Shown here: positions 16,416-44,705 of the stretch, in pieces
Numbering within the stretch: the first letter of the stretch is position 1
How the letters are laid out: the number at the start of each line of letters is the position of its first letter
Assembly: GCA_002269645.1 (NCBI GenBank)
Contig: NIVC01001552.1
Location: forward strand, 124,001-188,000
Length of the DNA: 64,000 bases
From: Macrostomum lignano
Lineage: Eukaryota
Direction of reading: 5' to 3'
Notes under the pieces: model-generated
Told to the model about the DNA's origin: nothing
The model's database searches: none
Seen by the model: the letters and a program-made list of their open reading frames with translations, nothing else
Program-made: the position numbers and the translations under genes

Positions 16416-17078
16416 GAGGTGTGCTGTTTACGAGTACGCTCGTAATTGTCCTGAATGTGCGGTGTACGAGTTTAGAATAACTCTTCTTCCATTCTTCTCC
16501 AATTATTGCGACCGATTCCGAGTGTTTAGTCAATGGCCAAAGCGTACAAACATTTATTTGATATTTATCGCAACCGATGTGCCAGAAAAATGGAGTAATC
16601 AACAATCAAAGAATAATAAAAGTCCAACTTGATCTGTTGCCATTAAATTATAAATTGGGAAATTAGAAAAATAAGCCTGCAGTTAGGTCTAACATAGGGA
16701 AAAGATTGTTGCATTTTTTCGGAGCACTTCGCCGCAAAAAGCGTTGATAATTTCTTATAAATGTCTTACATGGAATACTTTAGTGGATAAATTACCCAAG
16801 CAAAACCACAGAAAATTCTTTAAAACTCCACAAAAAAATGAACTCAGTAAGAACTCATCGTTTTCAGCTCTGCTAGGCTTATTTTTAACAAAATAAAAAG
16901 GCTATACGATTTTATTGATGCCGCCAGTGAAGTCTTGTAACTTGTAAGTATGAGAGTTGCGTATGAGTGTATGTAGAAAAAATGCAAATTGTATTACTGT
17001 TAGTAGGACTATACACAAGTTGCCTACTTGCAGGACATGTAGTAACTTTTAGCAAATTTTCTAGCTAATACGAGTTAA

Positions 17079-20000
17079 TTAACGACACGAGCAGCAGCCC
17101 TTCTTTTTCACAGCTGGTTTGGGTTCTTCTTTCCTAAAATCTTTGCCCCAGCCAGGGTAGCCGTGCACAGATTCTGGGAGGCCGTCGAACAGAATCAATT
17201 TGTTGTCGTTTAGAAATATCTCGGATGCGTTCATGCGGTAGAGGTCTCGAACTGGTGTAGAAGGGAATACTTCGACCGGAACTGCGGATAGAGAAGTTAA
17301 AAATTGAGTCAGTTGACCAGACAAAAGCCTGAGTACTAAGTACGGTCCGATTAAATGCCTGTTGGTAAGAAGCGGTTTACTTGCATTGATTGACGGGTTT
17401 GGTTTAATTGGCCTGTGTGAGGGGTGTGGTTTAATTGACCTAAGTGACGGGTGTGGTTTAATTGGCTTGGGTGAGGGGTGTGGTTTAATTGGCCTGGGTG
17501 AGGGGTGTGGTTTCATTGACCTAAGTGACGGGTGTGGTTTAATTGGCCTGTGGGAGGGGTGTGGTTTAATTGACCTAAGTGACGGGTGTGGTTTAATTGG
17601 CTTGGGTGAGGGGTGTGGTTTAATTGGCCTGGGTGAGGGTGTTGTTTTATTGGCCCGTGTGAGGGGTGTGTTTTATTGGCCCGTGTGAGGGCTGTAGTTT
17701 AGGTTTGCCTCAGTGAGGGTTCAAAGATTACCCACCAATCAACTGGCTGCTATTCGGTCCACTCTGCCGCTTGTCTCCCAGAAAGCAGCCCACACTGTAG
17801 CGAAAATCCGACCTTTTGTCAAGACCCATGCGAGCGAAAGCAGGATCAATTGCGTCTCGTAGTAAACTGCCATCCTTTACGGACACTGACACGCTGGTAG
17901 ACCAAACGTCAATGTACTTCGGATTGTACTTGTGCGACTCCTACATATTAAAGAGGAGGAAATGTGAAGACTGTAATTTAAAATTGAAAACTACGCTCGT
18001 AATATCTAGATAGATATGTATGAGTAGTGATCTGAAAATAATTACAGTTAGACTGATGATAGTAAAATTACAGAAACGTTGCTTGCAAACTAATAAGGCA
18101 CTTTCAAATTTATGACAACCTGTGAATGAGTCAGCTGGTGGCTGAACGAGTCAGACAGCTTGTGAATTAATCAGACAGATTTTTAATGAGTCAGACAGTG
18201 TGTGAATGAGTCAGTCAGTGTGTGAATGAGTCAGTCAGTGAATGTAAATGAGTCAAAAATTGTGTGAATATGTTAGACAGTGAAGTGAGTGTGAATGAGA
18301 ATGAGTCAGACATTGAATGAGAATGAGTCAGACATTGAATGAGAATGAGTCAGACAGTGAATGTGAATGAGTCAGACAGTGTGTGAATGAGTCAGACAGT
18401 CCACGTGATCAAGTCAAACAAGGAATCGCATTCCATTAATTTGCTTACTCGAACGTTGGCCCGCCGTTCAATATTATCGGGTTCAGAGGAGCGCAGCTTC
18501 TTTCGCTGAGCTACAAACAGCATCCAACGTGTGGCGGCGAATGTCTTCATTATTCGCAGCTGGAAGCTGAGCCACTCGGGGTAGGCGGCAGAGGTGCTCA
18601 GCTCTGAGTCCGGCCTTTTTCCGCCGTCTTTTATCAGCGAGTTTTTGTGCAGCTGCACAAGGCGCCGGTTGAGGATCTACGGGCAGGTTATATCGTAATT
18701 TAATGGGATCATACTAGAGTGGGATCATACTAGAGTGGGATCATACTAGAGTGGGATCATACTAGAGTGGGATCATACTAGATTGGGATCATACTAGAGT
18801 GGGATCATACTATTTATTATAGGATGAAATAATGCTAGAATTTGAGAATTCTAGGATGGGATAATTCTAGGATGGGATAATTCTAGGATGGGATAATTCT
18901 AGGATGGGATAATTCTAGGATGGGATAATTCTAGGATGGGATAATTCTAGGATGGGATAATTCTAGGATGGGATAATTCTAGGATGGGATAATTCTAGGA
19001 TAGGATAATTCTAGGATGGGATAATTCTAGGATGGGATAATTCTAGGATGGGATAATTCTAGGATGGGATAATTCTAGGATGGGATAATTCTAGGATGGG
19101 ATAATTCTAGGATGGGATAATTCTAGGATGGGATAATTCTAGGATGGGATAATTCTAGGATGGGATAATTCTAGGATGGGATAATTCTAGGATGGGATAA
19201 TTCTAGGATGGGATAATTCTAGGATGGGATAATTCTAGGATGGGATAATTCTAGGATGGGATAATTCTAGGATTAGATAATTCTTTATTGAGATATTCTA
19301 ATTCTAGGATGGGATCATTCTAAGATTGGATGACTCTAAGATTAGGATGGGATAATTCTACCTAGGGTTGAATAATTCTAGGATGGTATAATTCTAGGTT
19401 GAGATCATTCTAGGATGGGATAATTCTATGTTGGGATAAATCTATAATTGAATAATTCTAGGATTAAATAATTATAGGATATGGGATAATTCTTGGATAT
19501 GGGATGAATCTCAGAGGATGGGATAGTTCTAGGATGGGATAATTCTATGTGGGGATAAATCTAGGATGGGATAATTCTAAGGATGGAATAATTGTAGGAT
19601 AATTCTAGAATGGAATAATTTTAGTGTCGGATAATTCTAGGATGGGATAATTTCACGAGGATTTAATGCACACAACAGCAATTTCCAAGGAAATCAGCCA
19701 CTCACATGGTCCAGCCTGCTTACGCCAACATCCTCCAGCCTCCGACCTTCAGCGTCCAGCTGCATCGGATGCTGCCGCAGCTTCACGAGTTTGAAATTGT
19801 GTCGCACCTGCCGCATGTCGAGCTGCCCGGGCAGGGGGTCCGCGATGGTCCTGTGGAGCCTAACCGCCGGCTGTAGCTTGATGTTGTAACTGCGCTCAAG
19901 GCGCGTCTGACTCTCCGCTGCGGGTTGGATGGGCGCCATTCTTATTGGCGCCTTAATCTGGCGCCATTATTATTGGCGCTTTAATCTAGCGCCATTTTTC

Positions 20001-22909
20001 TTCGCGCCTCAATCTGGCGCCATTCTTATTGGCGCTTTAACCTGGCGCCATTCTTATTTGCACGTCTATCTGGCGCCATTCTTATTGGCGCTCTAATCTA
20101 GCGCCAATTTTCTTCGCGCCTCAATCTGGCGCCATGCTTATTGGCGCTTTAACTTGGCGCCATTCTTATTTGCACGTCTATCTGGCGCCATTCATATTGG
20201 CGCTCTAATCTAGCGCCAATTTTCTTCGCGCCTCAATCTGGCGCCATGCTTAGTGGCGCTTTAACTTGGCGCCATTCTTATTTGCACGTCTATCTGGCGC
20301 CATTCATATTGGCGCTCTAATCTAGCGCCAATTTTCTTCGCGCCTCAATCTGGCGCCATGCTTAGTGGCGCTTTAATCTGGCGTCATTCTTATTGGCACC
20401 TTAATCTGGCGTCATTCTTATCAGCGGTTTAACTGGCGCCATTCTTTACGGCGCTTTTATCTGGCGCCATTCTTATTGGCGCTTTTATCTGGCGCTATTT
20501 TAATTAGCATTTTTATCTGGCGCCATTCTTATCGGCGCCTTAATCTGGCGCCATTCCTATTGGCGCTTTTATCTGGCGCCATTCTTATTGGCACATTGAT
20601 CTAGCGCCTTTACCTGGCGCCATTCTTGTTGTTGCCTTTTGTGACGTCATTACAAGTATTAGTAGTATTATTCTTACTAAAGATGTCAAACAACAGGTGG
20701 TACCCCAATTATTACCTGAATTGTAGTCACCATCGTATGGGCCGAACATTTCCATTTCAACTGGCAACTCTGGAGACTTCCTGACGGCTGTCACGAAAGT
20801 AATGAAGAATAGGATTTTTGCATATTATTAATTTATAGCCAGCTAAGATCGAAACACAAGTGAGGCATCACTTACGTGATCCAGAATCGCTGCCAGAAGT
20901 CCTTGAGCAGCCTCCGCAAGGTGACGCGCTACGAGAACAGTGAGTGGCTTCAACCGGTGAAGCCACCCTCACGGAGGCTTTAACAGAGTTTTGCAAGCCG
21001 AAATCCAAGGTTAGGAGAGGCTGGTCAGCCTCGCGATAAGCCTTGGCAACCTGCTCGGAGCTGTGTTCGCTGCGAGTGCTGCTGCTGCTGTTGCGAATGT
21101 TCAGTCTGGCATTCGAGTCCGAGTCGAATTCGCAGTTCGAATTTGACCAGTTTTCCTCGCTATTGAGTAGTCGGTAAGCTGATATTGTGGCTGCTCTGGA
21201 TTCCACCATCGGATTGGTGAGGGCTGCAGCTTGTAACAGGTGATGGTCTGAAACAGGTGGGTGTGTCTAACAGGTGAGCGTGTCTAACAGGTGAGTGTAT
21301 CTAACAGGCGGGTGTGTTTAACAGGTGAGTGTGTCTAACAGGTGAGTGTGTCTAACAGGCGGGTGTGTTTAACAGGTGAGTGTGTCTAACAGGTGAGTGT
21401 ATCTAACAGGTGAGCGTGTCTAACAGGTGAGTGTGTCTAACAGGTGAGCGTGTCTAACAGGTGAGTGTATCTAACAGGCGGGTGTGTTTAACAGGTGAGT
21501 GTGTCTAACAGGTGAGTGTGTCTAACAGGCGGGTGTGTTTAACAGGTGAGTGTGTCTAACAGGTGAGTGTATCTAACAGGTGAGCGTGTCTAACAGGCGG
21601 GTGTGCTTAACAGGTGAGTGTGTCTAACAGGTGAGTGTATCTAACAGGTGAGCGTGTCTAACAGGTGAGTGTATCTAACGGGTGAGTGTATCTTAACAAG
21701 TGAGCGTGTCTACCAGGTGATTGTGTCTAACAGGTGAGTGTGTCTAACAGGTGAGTGTGTCTAACTGGTGAGTGTGTCTAACAGGTGAGTGTGTCTAACA
21801 GGTGAGTGTGTCTAACAGGTGAGTGTGTCTAACAGGTGAGTGTGTCTAACAGGTCAGTGCGTCTAACAGGTCAGTGTATCTATCAGGTGAATGTATCTAA
21901 CAGGTGAATGTATCTAACAGGTGAATGTATCTAACAGGTGAATGTATCTAACAGGTGAATGTATCTAACAGGTAAGTTTTTCTAACATACAATTGTATCT
22001 AACAGAGTGTATCTAGCGCATGAATAGCACCGTAAATCCATAAAACTTTCCCGAACATAGAAACTGCACACGCAAGCCCATCGGAATATATCTTACCCGA
22101 GCTCTGATCGCAGAATTTGCAAAATGCCGACTCCAATGCACTTTCGGTCAGTGAAAGATTTGATGGACTGTTTGAAATGCTGTTGCTAATGAAGCTGCTT
22201 GTTGTGCTGCGTTAGGGGGTGGGGTTGGGTTTGATTTCATCTGTAACAGGTGACAGCATCCGTCTAATAGGTGACAGCATCTGTTTAATGGGTGACAGCA
22301 TCTGTCTAATGGGTGACAGCATCTGTCTAATGGGTGACAGCATCTGTCTAATGGGTGACAGTATCTGTCTAATGGGTGACAGCATCTGTCTAATAGGTGA
22401 CACCATCTGTCTAATGGGTGACAGCATCCGTCTAATGGGTGACAGCATCTGTCTAATAGGTGACACCATCTGTCTAATAGGTGACAGCATCTGTCTAATG
22501 GGTGACAGCATCTGTCTAATAGGTGACAGCATCTGTCTAATGGGTGACAGTACCTGTCTAATGGGTGACAGCATCTGTCTAATGGGTGACAGCATCTGTC
22601 TAATGGGTGACAACATCTGTCTAATGGGTGACAGCATCCGTCTAATAGGTGACAGCATCTGTCTAACAGCTGACAGTAGATATCTAACACCTGACAGTAG
22701 ATGTCTAACAATTAACATAATCTATCTAACAGGTGACAGGTAACTATAAATGCACCCAAGACTTATCAGACCGGCCTGATACTTGCTCACCTGTCATAGC
22801 TAAAATCTCGCAGTTTAACCAGAGTCTGTAGCCTGCAACGACAATTGTTGCAGTAATTTGATTGACATCCGTCAATTGTGCTTAATGCTTTTAATTCGCT
22901 TATTGACAT
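17079..22909 (-). CDS. Gene C: uncharacterised ~492-aa protein, paralog of gene D; exons 22909-22791, 22206-22097, 21223-20876, 20787-20716, 19917-19724, 18676-18449, 17940-17736, 17281-17079
   Basis: All seven introns are GT-AG with matching phases (2,1,1,1,0,0,1). The last four exons align with gene D (e.g. IDVWSTSVSV..DPAFARMGLDKRSDFRYSVGCFLGDKR vs YDIWSTSITV..DPVFSKLGLDSRADFRFTLGCFEGDKR). The two 5'-most exons are less certain. Confidence 0.8.
17390..22740. repeat. Distinct intronic arrays of gene C: 27-mer 17390-17700; ~18-mer 18120-18400; 16-mers 18705-18810 and 18850-19650; ~21-mer TGGCGCC-based 19930-20625; 17-mer 21245-22010; 21-mer 22245-22740
   Basis: Direct inspection; each array is confined to one intron. 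Confidence 0.92.
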
Positions 22910-23438
22910 TGTTGTTAAATTCTGTATGCTTAGTCTTCTTGTTCTAACTTCAACCAGTATAAGTTGCCTAGCCACCGCCAACGAGTAGCAGGTTTTACGA
23001 GTTAAATACAATATTCAGTTTTAAAGGTAGTTTTTTAACTAAAAATACACACACAGTATTGTACTTTCAACCATAGACATTTAGAAATGCAATAAAAATA
23101 GATTGAGAAACTTCTCAAACTGTCTTGCAAGATGGGGGCAGGTAAAGTACTCAGGACTCAAATAAATTAATAATTAATAAAGCTTTCTATTTTTAAGAAA
23201 AAACAAAAGGCACTTAGTGGCGTTATCCAGACTTGATAAAGCGTGAACAACTTGTTATCGATTGCTGTCCTAATGTACATTGGCTAGCGTGACTGAGAGA
23301 ATGTACATTGCTAAGAAAAGGCAATAGCGAGGGGTGGGAAAGCTTTCTATTATTAACAAAAAGAAAGACACTTAGTGGCTTTGACTCGTTAAACGATTGC
23401 TGTACTAGTAATGTACATTAGCTAGTGCGACTAAGAGA

Positions 23439-32275
<8,837 letters not shown>

Positions 32276-32784
32276 ACTTGGCATTTGAGTCGGCTACCAA
32301 CCCCTAAATTTCTGCACTGAAAAAGCAACACTGGCCAATAATTCCAAAATGAAATTTCTTCTAAGCTAAAACAGACGATTCCGTGACACTCGCTGCACAA
32401 AAACTTCGCTCTCAACTCAAAGCTTTGAAAGTCTTGAGTAGTCGTCGTCTTTGTTATTTTCCTTCTCGATGCATTCATGCTTAAAAGTTTTTTTTACAAA
32501 ATCTGCGAGACAACGTCCAATTATACTGTTTCTTTTTGGCTAACAATGTCTAATGATTATTTATTTTCCCGCCTAATACCCGCTTTGCTGTCGTTTGCGT
32601 AACATTTGTCTAGAGAAAGAAAGCACAATGCATTCATACTTGCTTTCCCGGCTCGATTGAAAGCGGTCGGGCTTTGCCACCCGTTTAATTCCATTTAGTA
32701 CACATCTGTTTAGCAGCTTCCATCATTATCTTTAAGTCTGTATGAAATTTTTTCTTTTCTCTCTTGACTGGTCATTTATTTTTG

Positions 32785-33445
32785 TCCATGGAAAGTCAGC
32801 CAGCCAATAGAATCCGACTGGGGGGAAGAAATGTATTGCGATCAGCCAGCCAATAGAATCTGGCTGAGAGGAATAAATATATTGGCGATGTATGGAAAGT
32901 CAGCCAGCCAATAGAATCTGGCTGAGAGGAAGGAATATATTGGCGATGTATGGAAAGTCAGCCAGCCAATAAAATCCGACTGAGGAGAAGGAATGTATTA
33001 ATGATACATGGAAAGTCAGACAGCCAATAGAATCCGACTGAGGGGAAGGAATGTATTGGTGATACATGGAAAGTCAGACAGCCAATAGAATCCGACTGAG
33101 GGGAAGGAATGTATTGGCGATGTACGGAAATTCGGCCAGCCAATAGAAACTGACTGAGGGGAAGGAATATATTGGCGATGTATGGAAAGTCAGCCAGCCA
33201 ATAGAATCTGGCTAAGAGGAAGGTATATATTGGCAATGTATGGAACGTCAGCCAGCCAATAGAATCTGGCTGAGAGGAAGGAATATATTGGCGATGTATG
33301 GAAAGTCAGCCAGCCAATAGAATCTGGCTGAGAGGAAGGAATATATTGGCGATGTATGGAAAGTCAACCAGCCAATAGAGTCCTACTGGGGGAAGGAATG
33401 TATTGGTGATATATGGCAAGTTAGCCAGCCAATAGAAATCCAATA
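32785..33445. repeat. ~58-bp minisatellite containing AGCCAATAG and ATTGGC motifs
   Basis: About 11 diverged tandem copies. Confidence 0.92.
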
Positions 33446-34079
33446 ATAAAGATAAGGATTATAAAAAATTGCAGGTAGGCTTGCGACACCTTTGGTTGTC
33501 ATTGCGACACCTTGGCTTGTCATGCCTTTGTTGACAGCGGCCCGTTGACTTTATAATCGTCAGGCATGTACGCTTTGCTCTGTCCCTGTCGGAGAGGACG
33601 TTTGGTACTTTCTAACGGGTCAGAAAAACTTTTCGTAGTCTTGAAAGAATTTAAAACGCCTACAAAGTTAGCTGCCATCACACTCGGCTAGACTATGTGG
33701 CTTCTATTTAGGAACCCTGGAAAGCAGTTCTCACCGATGTTCTCTGCCTCCTCGAATCGACAATAAAATAGAAACGCACTTACGCCGTCTACGTTTACGG
33801 TAATAATAAAATTTTCTATTTTTAAAAGTGGTGTAGAAAACCAGTGAGAACGAGTTGGCTACGAGGCACTTAGGCTGGAAATTTCAGATAGATAAATTAA
33901 CCATTGGCTTGCGTTCTGAATTGCGTTCTGGCGAATTTCTCCAAAACTGAAGGCTGAATTGAGAACTGGGAGAAGCTTTCATTTTCTTTTCTTAATTCTG
34001 CAGATCAGTTTGTTGCTATATAAAGGCAAGTGTGCATTTTTTCTAACTTTAAGAAACCCAATAAAATTATCCGTCGAAA

Positions 34080-34230
34080 CACCCCATGAGAACACCCCAT
34101 GAGAACACCCCATGAGAGCACCCCATGAGAACACCCCATGAGAGCACCCCATGAGAACACCCCATGAGACACCCCATGAGAACACCCCATGAGACACCCC
34201 ATGAGAACACCCCATGAGAACACCTCGTGA
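34080..34230. repeat. 13-14-bp repeat (ACACCCCATGAGA)n
   Basis: Direct inspection. Confidence 0.9.
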
Positions 34231-34860
34231 ACACCAAATGAGAACTTTTTATCATGAGAATACCAAATGAGAACATCACTCTCCCCTGAGAACAGTCCTA
34301 AAACACAGGTAGTCTACACATACAAGGACCAGCATTCGATAACACTTCTGCAAGTCCATTCGATTAAAAATTGCTGCATATACAGACACTGCGTAGTTAG
34401 AAAAATAAGACTCGGCAGCTTGGGCTACGACTGCAGTAAATGCAAACGAATATCCATATGTCTAACTGCTATTTCTGCTATATCCTTTTCTGCAAATCAG
34501 GAATGCTGAAAGGTCGTAAAAATGTCAGCATTCTCTAAGAATTATGTGCTGTCTATCTCTGTTGCTCACCCTCTATCTATCACCGTCTCCCTCTCTCCCT
34601 CTCTCCCTCTCTCCCTCTCTCCCCCTCTCCCCCTCTCCCTCTCTCCTCTCTCCTCTTCCTCTGATTTCAAGCTGCTGTAATATGACGTATTGTTAGATTT
34701 ACTAGCAGCTGCACTTATCAGCCTGCGGCAACCATTTTAAGCACTGTACTGTAGTGCGCAATAGAGGATTAATGTTTATTTATTAGCAAATGGCATGGCT
34801 CATTGGTTCTTAAGGACTATTATAGGAACTGCATTATATGATAAACACGAACAGAAAAAC

Positions 34861-35089
<229 letters not shown>

Positions 35090-35171
35090 GTTAGGATTCA
35101 CCTAAAGACATCGGTATCTTGGCTCATCACTTGCAGTTAATACCGACACTGCATAACGGACCCAATCGACA

Positions 35172-35804
35172 ATGTCTGACAACAAAAGCGGTCAAGTTAA
35201 AGACGATCTTTCACTACTGATGGCAACTGGCACCGCACCGTCATGTGGCCACTGCAATCACAGCGGCAATGATACAGCAATAATCGAGGCTTACCATGCG
35301 TCAATCAATTCAATTCACCAGGCGAAGCTTCTATCTGCAGCACTGTTCGTGCTGATGAACCTGACTGCTGGCCTGGCTATGGCGCTGTGCATCTGCCACT
35401 GCCGACGAACTCAACTGGTTCGCTCACTGACTAACGCAGGCTCCCTGCTAATCGATAGTTGCTGCTGCTGTTGCTCTAGCAGGGGCAGCAACTCACAGTT
35501 GCAGATTCTGTCAACCCAAAGCGGCAGATGTTGTCTACAAAAGCAACAACCAGACGTAAAAGCAGTTTCTGACAGCAGAAGATTTTCAATCAGAAAATCA
35601 AATTGTGTTAAATACTTTCGCAGTTCACGATCAAATCAATTGAATTCGACGCTTGTCAAAACAGACTTTAATGAAGAGGCGAATAAGGTCAGTGGAAGCT
35701 GCAGCAGCAGCAGCGAAGGAGTCAGCGAAATCTGCGAACTTTTAGATGCTAGAAGATTTACCTGCGGTCAAGAGACTGAAGGTACTGTGGTGCCGTCTGT
35801 GTGA
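35172..35804 (+). CDS. Putative single-pass membrane protein, 210 aa, uncharacterised
   Basis: Non-repetitive ORF with one hydrophobic segment (LLSAALFVLMNLTAGLAMALCIC) followed by RR and Cys clusters. An in-frame TAA at 35154 precludes 5' extension without splicing. Confidence 0.55.
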   Translation: MSDNKSGQVKDDLSLLMATGTAPSCGHCNHSGNDTAIIEAYHASINSIHQAKLLSAALFVLMNLTAGLAMALCICHCRRTQLVRSLTNAGSLLIDSCCCCCSSRGSNSQLQILSTQSGRCCLQKQQPDVKAVSDSRRFSIRKSNCVKYFRSSRSNQLNSTLVKTDFNEEANKVSGSCSSSSEGVSEICELLDARRFTCGQETEGTVVPSV

Positions 35805-35824
35805 TGCCACTCCACTGCATAATG

Positions 35825-36455
35825 ACTCCCTCACCTCCATAACATCTCACTCACCTCCATAACATATCTCTCACTTCCATAACATCACCCTCACCTCCAT
35901 AACATCTCCCTCACCTCCATAACATCTCCCTCACCTCCATAACATCTCCCTCACTTCCATAACATCACCCTCACCTCCATAACATCTCCCTCACCTCCAT
36001 AACATCTCACTCACCTCCATAACATATCTCTCACTTCCATAACATCACCCTCACCTCCATAACATCTCCCTCACCTCCATAACATCTCACTCACCTCCAT
36101 AACATATCTCTCACTTCCATAACATCACCCTCACCTCCATAACATCTCCCTCACCTCCATATCACATTCCTCACCTCCATAACATCTCCCTCACCTCCAA
36201 AACATCTCCCTCACCTCCATAACACATCCCTCACCTCCATAACATCTCCCTCACCTCCATAACATCTCCCTTACCTCCATAACATCTCCCTTACCTCTAT
36301 AACATTTCCCTAACCTCCATAACATTTCCCTCACCTCCATAACATCTCCCTCACCTCCATAACATCTCCCTCACCTCCATAACATCTCCCTCACCTCCAT
36401 AACATCTCCCTCACCTCCATAACATATCCCTCACCTCCATAACATCTCCCTCACC
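35825..36455. repeat. 20-bp minisatellite (CTCACCTCCATAACATCTCC)n
   Basis: About 31 copies. Confidence 0.95.
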
Positions 36456-37214
36456 TGTAATGGAGTTGCTTCTACTTTAATTAAATTTTTTTATTGGATT
36501 TATGTTTTCATTTTGCATTCCCTCATTTATAAACTATAAAGGTAAGTTTTGCAGTATTTGCAGTATTCGTGCATTAAACACTACTTACTGCTTGCCATTT
36601 CGTTGATTCACGACTTTAGTAAAGAAAAATAAAACTAAATAGACTACTTCTAGTAAGGTGCATGAAAAACTACCTTTTAGATTTGTTTTCTTTATTGATG
36701 TTTTCTTATTCAGATTTGAAAAGACAGTGGAGGAAAATTTAGAATCAAATGTACAATTTGGTAGAAAATTTCTTACTGAAATAGGGACAAAAAGGTTTGT
36801 AATTAACAGATTGCAGTTAGTTTCGCGCACAGAGGGAATAAATTAGTTTATCCCAAAAATTTACCTACGAAAAAAACGTTGAGATTAACGATTGGGGTAG
36901 CTAATTAACGTGAAAAAATAAAGATTCATTATTGTGTAGTGTACGTTTTAAAATAGTTTAAAATCGGCTTGGCTAAAAAAGTCTGACTAATTAAATGAGA
37001 TTATTAGGGTAAATAAACTGCATTGCAGCTGTGTACCATTGAGATCTTGGAAAAAAAGTGAAATTGCTTAAACTAATTCAGCAGCACATGCACAACACAA
37101 TGAGTTTAAGACGGAAAAGGCCTTATTTAGAGGCGCGATTGAAAAGCTTTGAATTCTTAGCGGGTGAAGCAAAACAGTTTGAAAGAGGTACTAAAAATTA
37201 CAAAACTAAACCTC

Positions 37215-37385
37215 TACTCCTCCAACCCCCACTCCGCCAAATCTGAAATCCGCCTAGCCCCTATTCCGCCAACCTCCACTTCGCCAACCCCCCACTCCGC
37301 CAAACTTCCACTCCGACAACCCCCACTCCGCCAAACCTCCACTCCGCCAACCCCCCACTCCGCCAAACCTCCACTCCGCCAACAA
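37215..37385. repeat. Degenerate ~20-bp repeat (CCCCACTCCGCCAAACCT..)n
   Basis: Direct inspection. Confidence 0.85.
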
Positions 37386-37640
37386 CCTCACACTGCATAC
37401 CACCCAATCCAATCCAATAGTATATAGATCAGAGCTTCTAGATATTATTGAAAAAAACTTCACAACAAAGCACCCGCGCTACTTAGCAAATTAAGAGAAA
37501 AAACTTACGATGAAGCATTGTTTGCAAAGCAACACGCAAAACAACAAAAACAACATCGAAAGCAAGAAATGAGGATTCGTACTTTATAAACTTAAGAGCC
37601 AATCAGATTGCGTCGAGAAGAAAAGGTTCAGTTCAGTTAT

Positions 37641-43867
<6,227 letters not shown>

Positions 43868-43929
43868 TATTGTAGTGCTGGCTTGGAACTGCGTATGGTG
43901 AGGGGCTGCGTGCTAGATCAGCCTGAAAG

Positions 43930-44705
43930 AGACCCTGAAGCAAATGCATGATCCTGAAGCTAGTGCATGATCCTGAAGCTAATGCATGATCCTGAATCTA
44001 ATGTAAGGAGATCCTGAAGCTAATGCAAGGAGATCCTGAAGCTAATGCAAGGAGATCCTGAAGCTAATGCAAGAAGATCCTGAAGCTAATGCAAGGAGAT
44101 CCTGAAGCTAATGCAAGAAGATCCTGAAGCTAATGCAAGGAGATCCTGAAGCTAATGCAAGAAGATCCTGAAGCTAATGCAAGAAGATCCTGAAGCTGAA
44201 CTACGTGTAAGTAGATCCTGAAGCTAATGCAAGGAGATCCTGAGGCTAATGCAAAGAGATCCTGAGGCTAATGCAAAGAGATCCTGAAGCTAATGCATGG
44301 AGATCCTGAAGCTAATGCAAGCAGATCATGAAGCTAATGCAAGGAGATCCTGAAGCTAATGCAAGCAGATCATGAAGCTAATGCAAGGAGATCCTGAAGC
44401 TAATGCAAGCAGATCATGAAGCTAATGCAAGCGGATCATGAAGCTAATGCAAGGAGATCTTGAAGCTAATGCAAGCAGATCATGAAGCTAATGCAAGCAG
44501 ATCATGAAGCTAATGCAAGGAGATCCTGAAGCTGAACTACGTGTAAGTAGATCCTGAAGCTAATGCAAGCAGATCATGAAGCTAATGCAAGGAGATCCTG
44601 AAGCTGAACTACGTGTAAGTAGATCCTGAAGCTAATGCAAGCAGATCATGAAGCTAATGCAAGGAGATCCTGAGGCTAATGCAAAGAGATCCTGAAGCTA
44701 AATGC
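43930..44705. repeat. 22-bp minisatellite (GATCCTGAAGCTAATGCAAGGA)n upstream of the gene E start
   Basis: Period 22. Confidence 0.93.

Noticed and set aside
36530-37200. Exon-like AT-rich segments (TTCAG|ATTTGAAAAG...AAAAAG|GTTTGT)
   Set aside because: No consistent multi-exon frame and no recognisable product; possibly a decayed transposon
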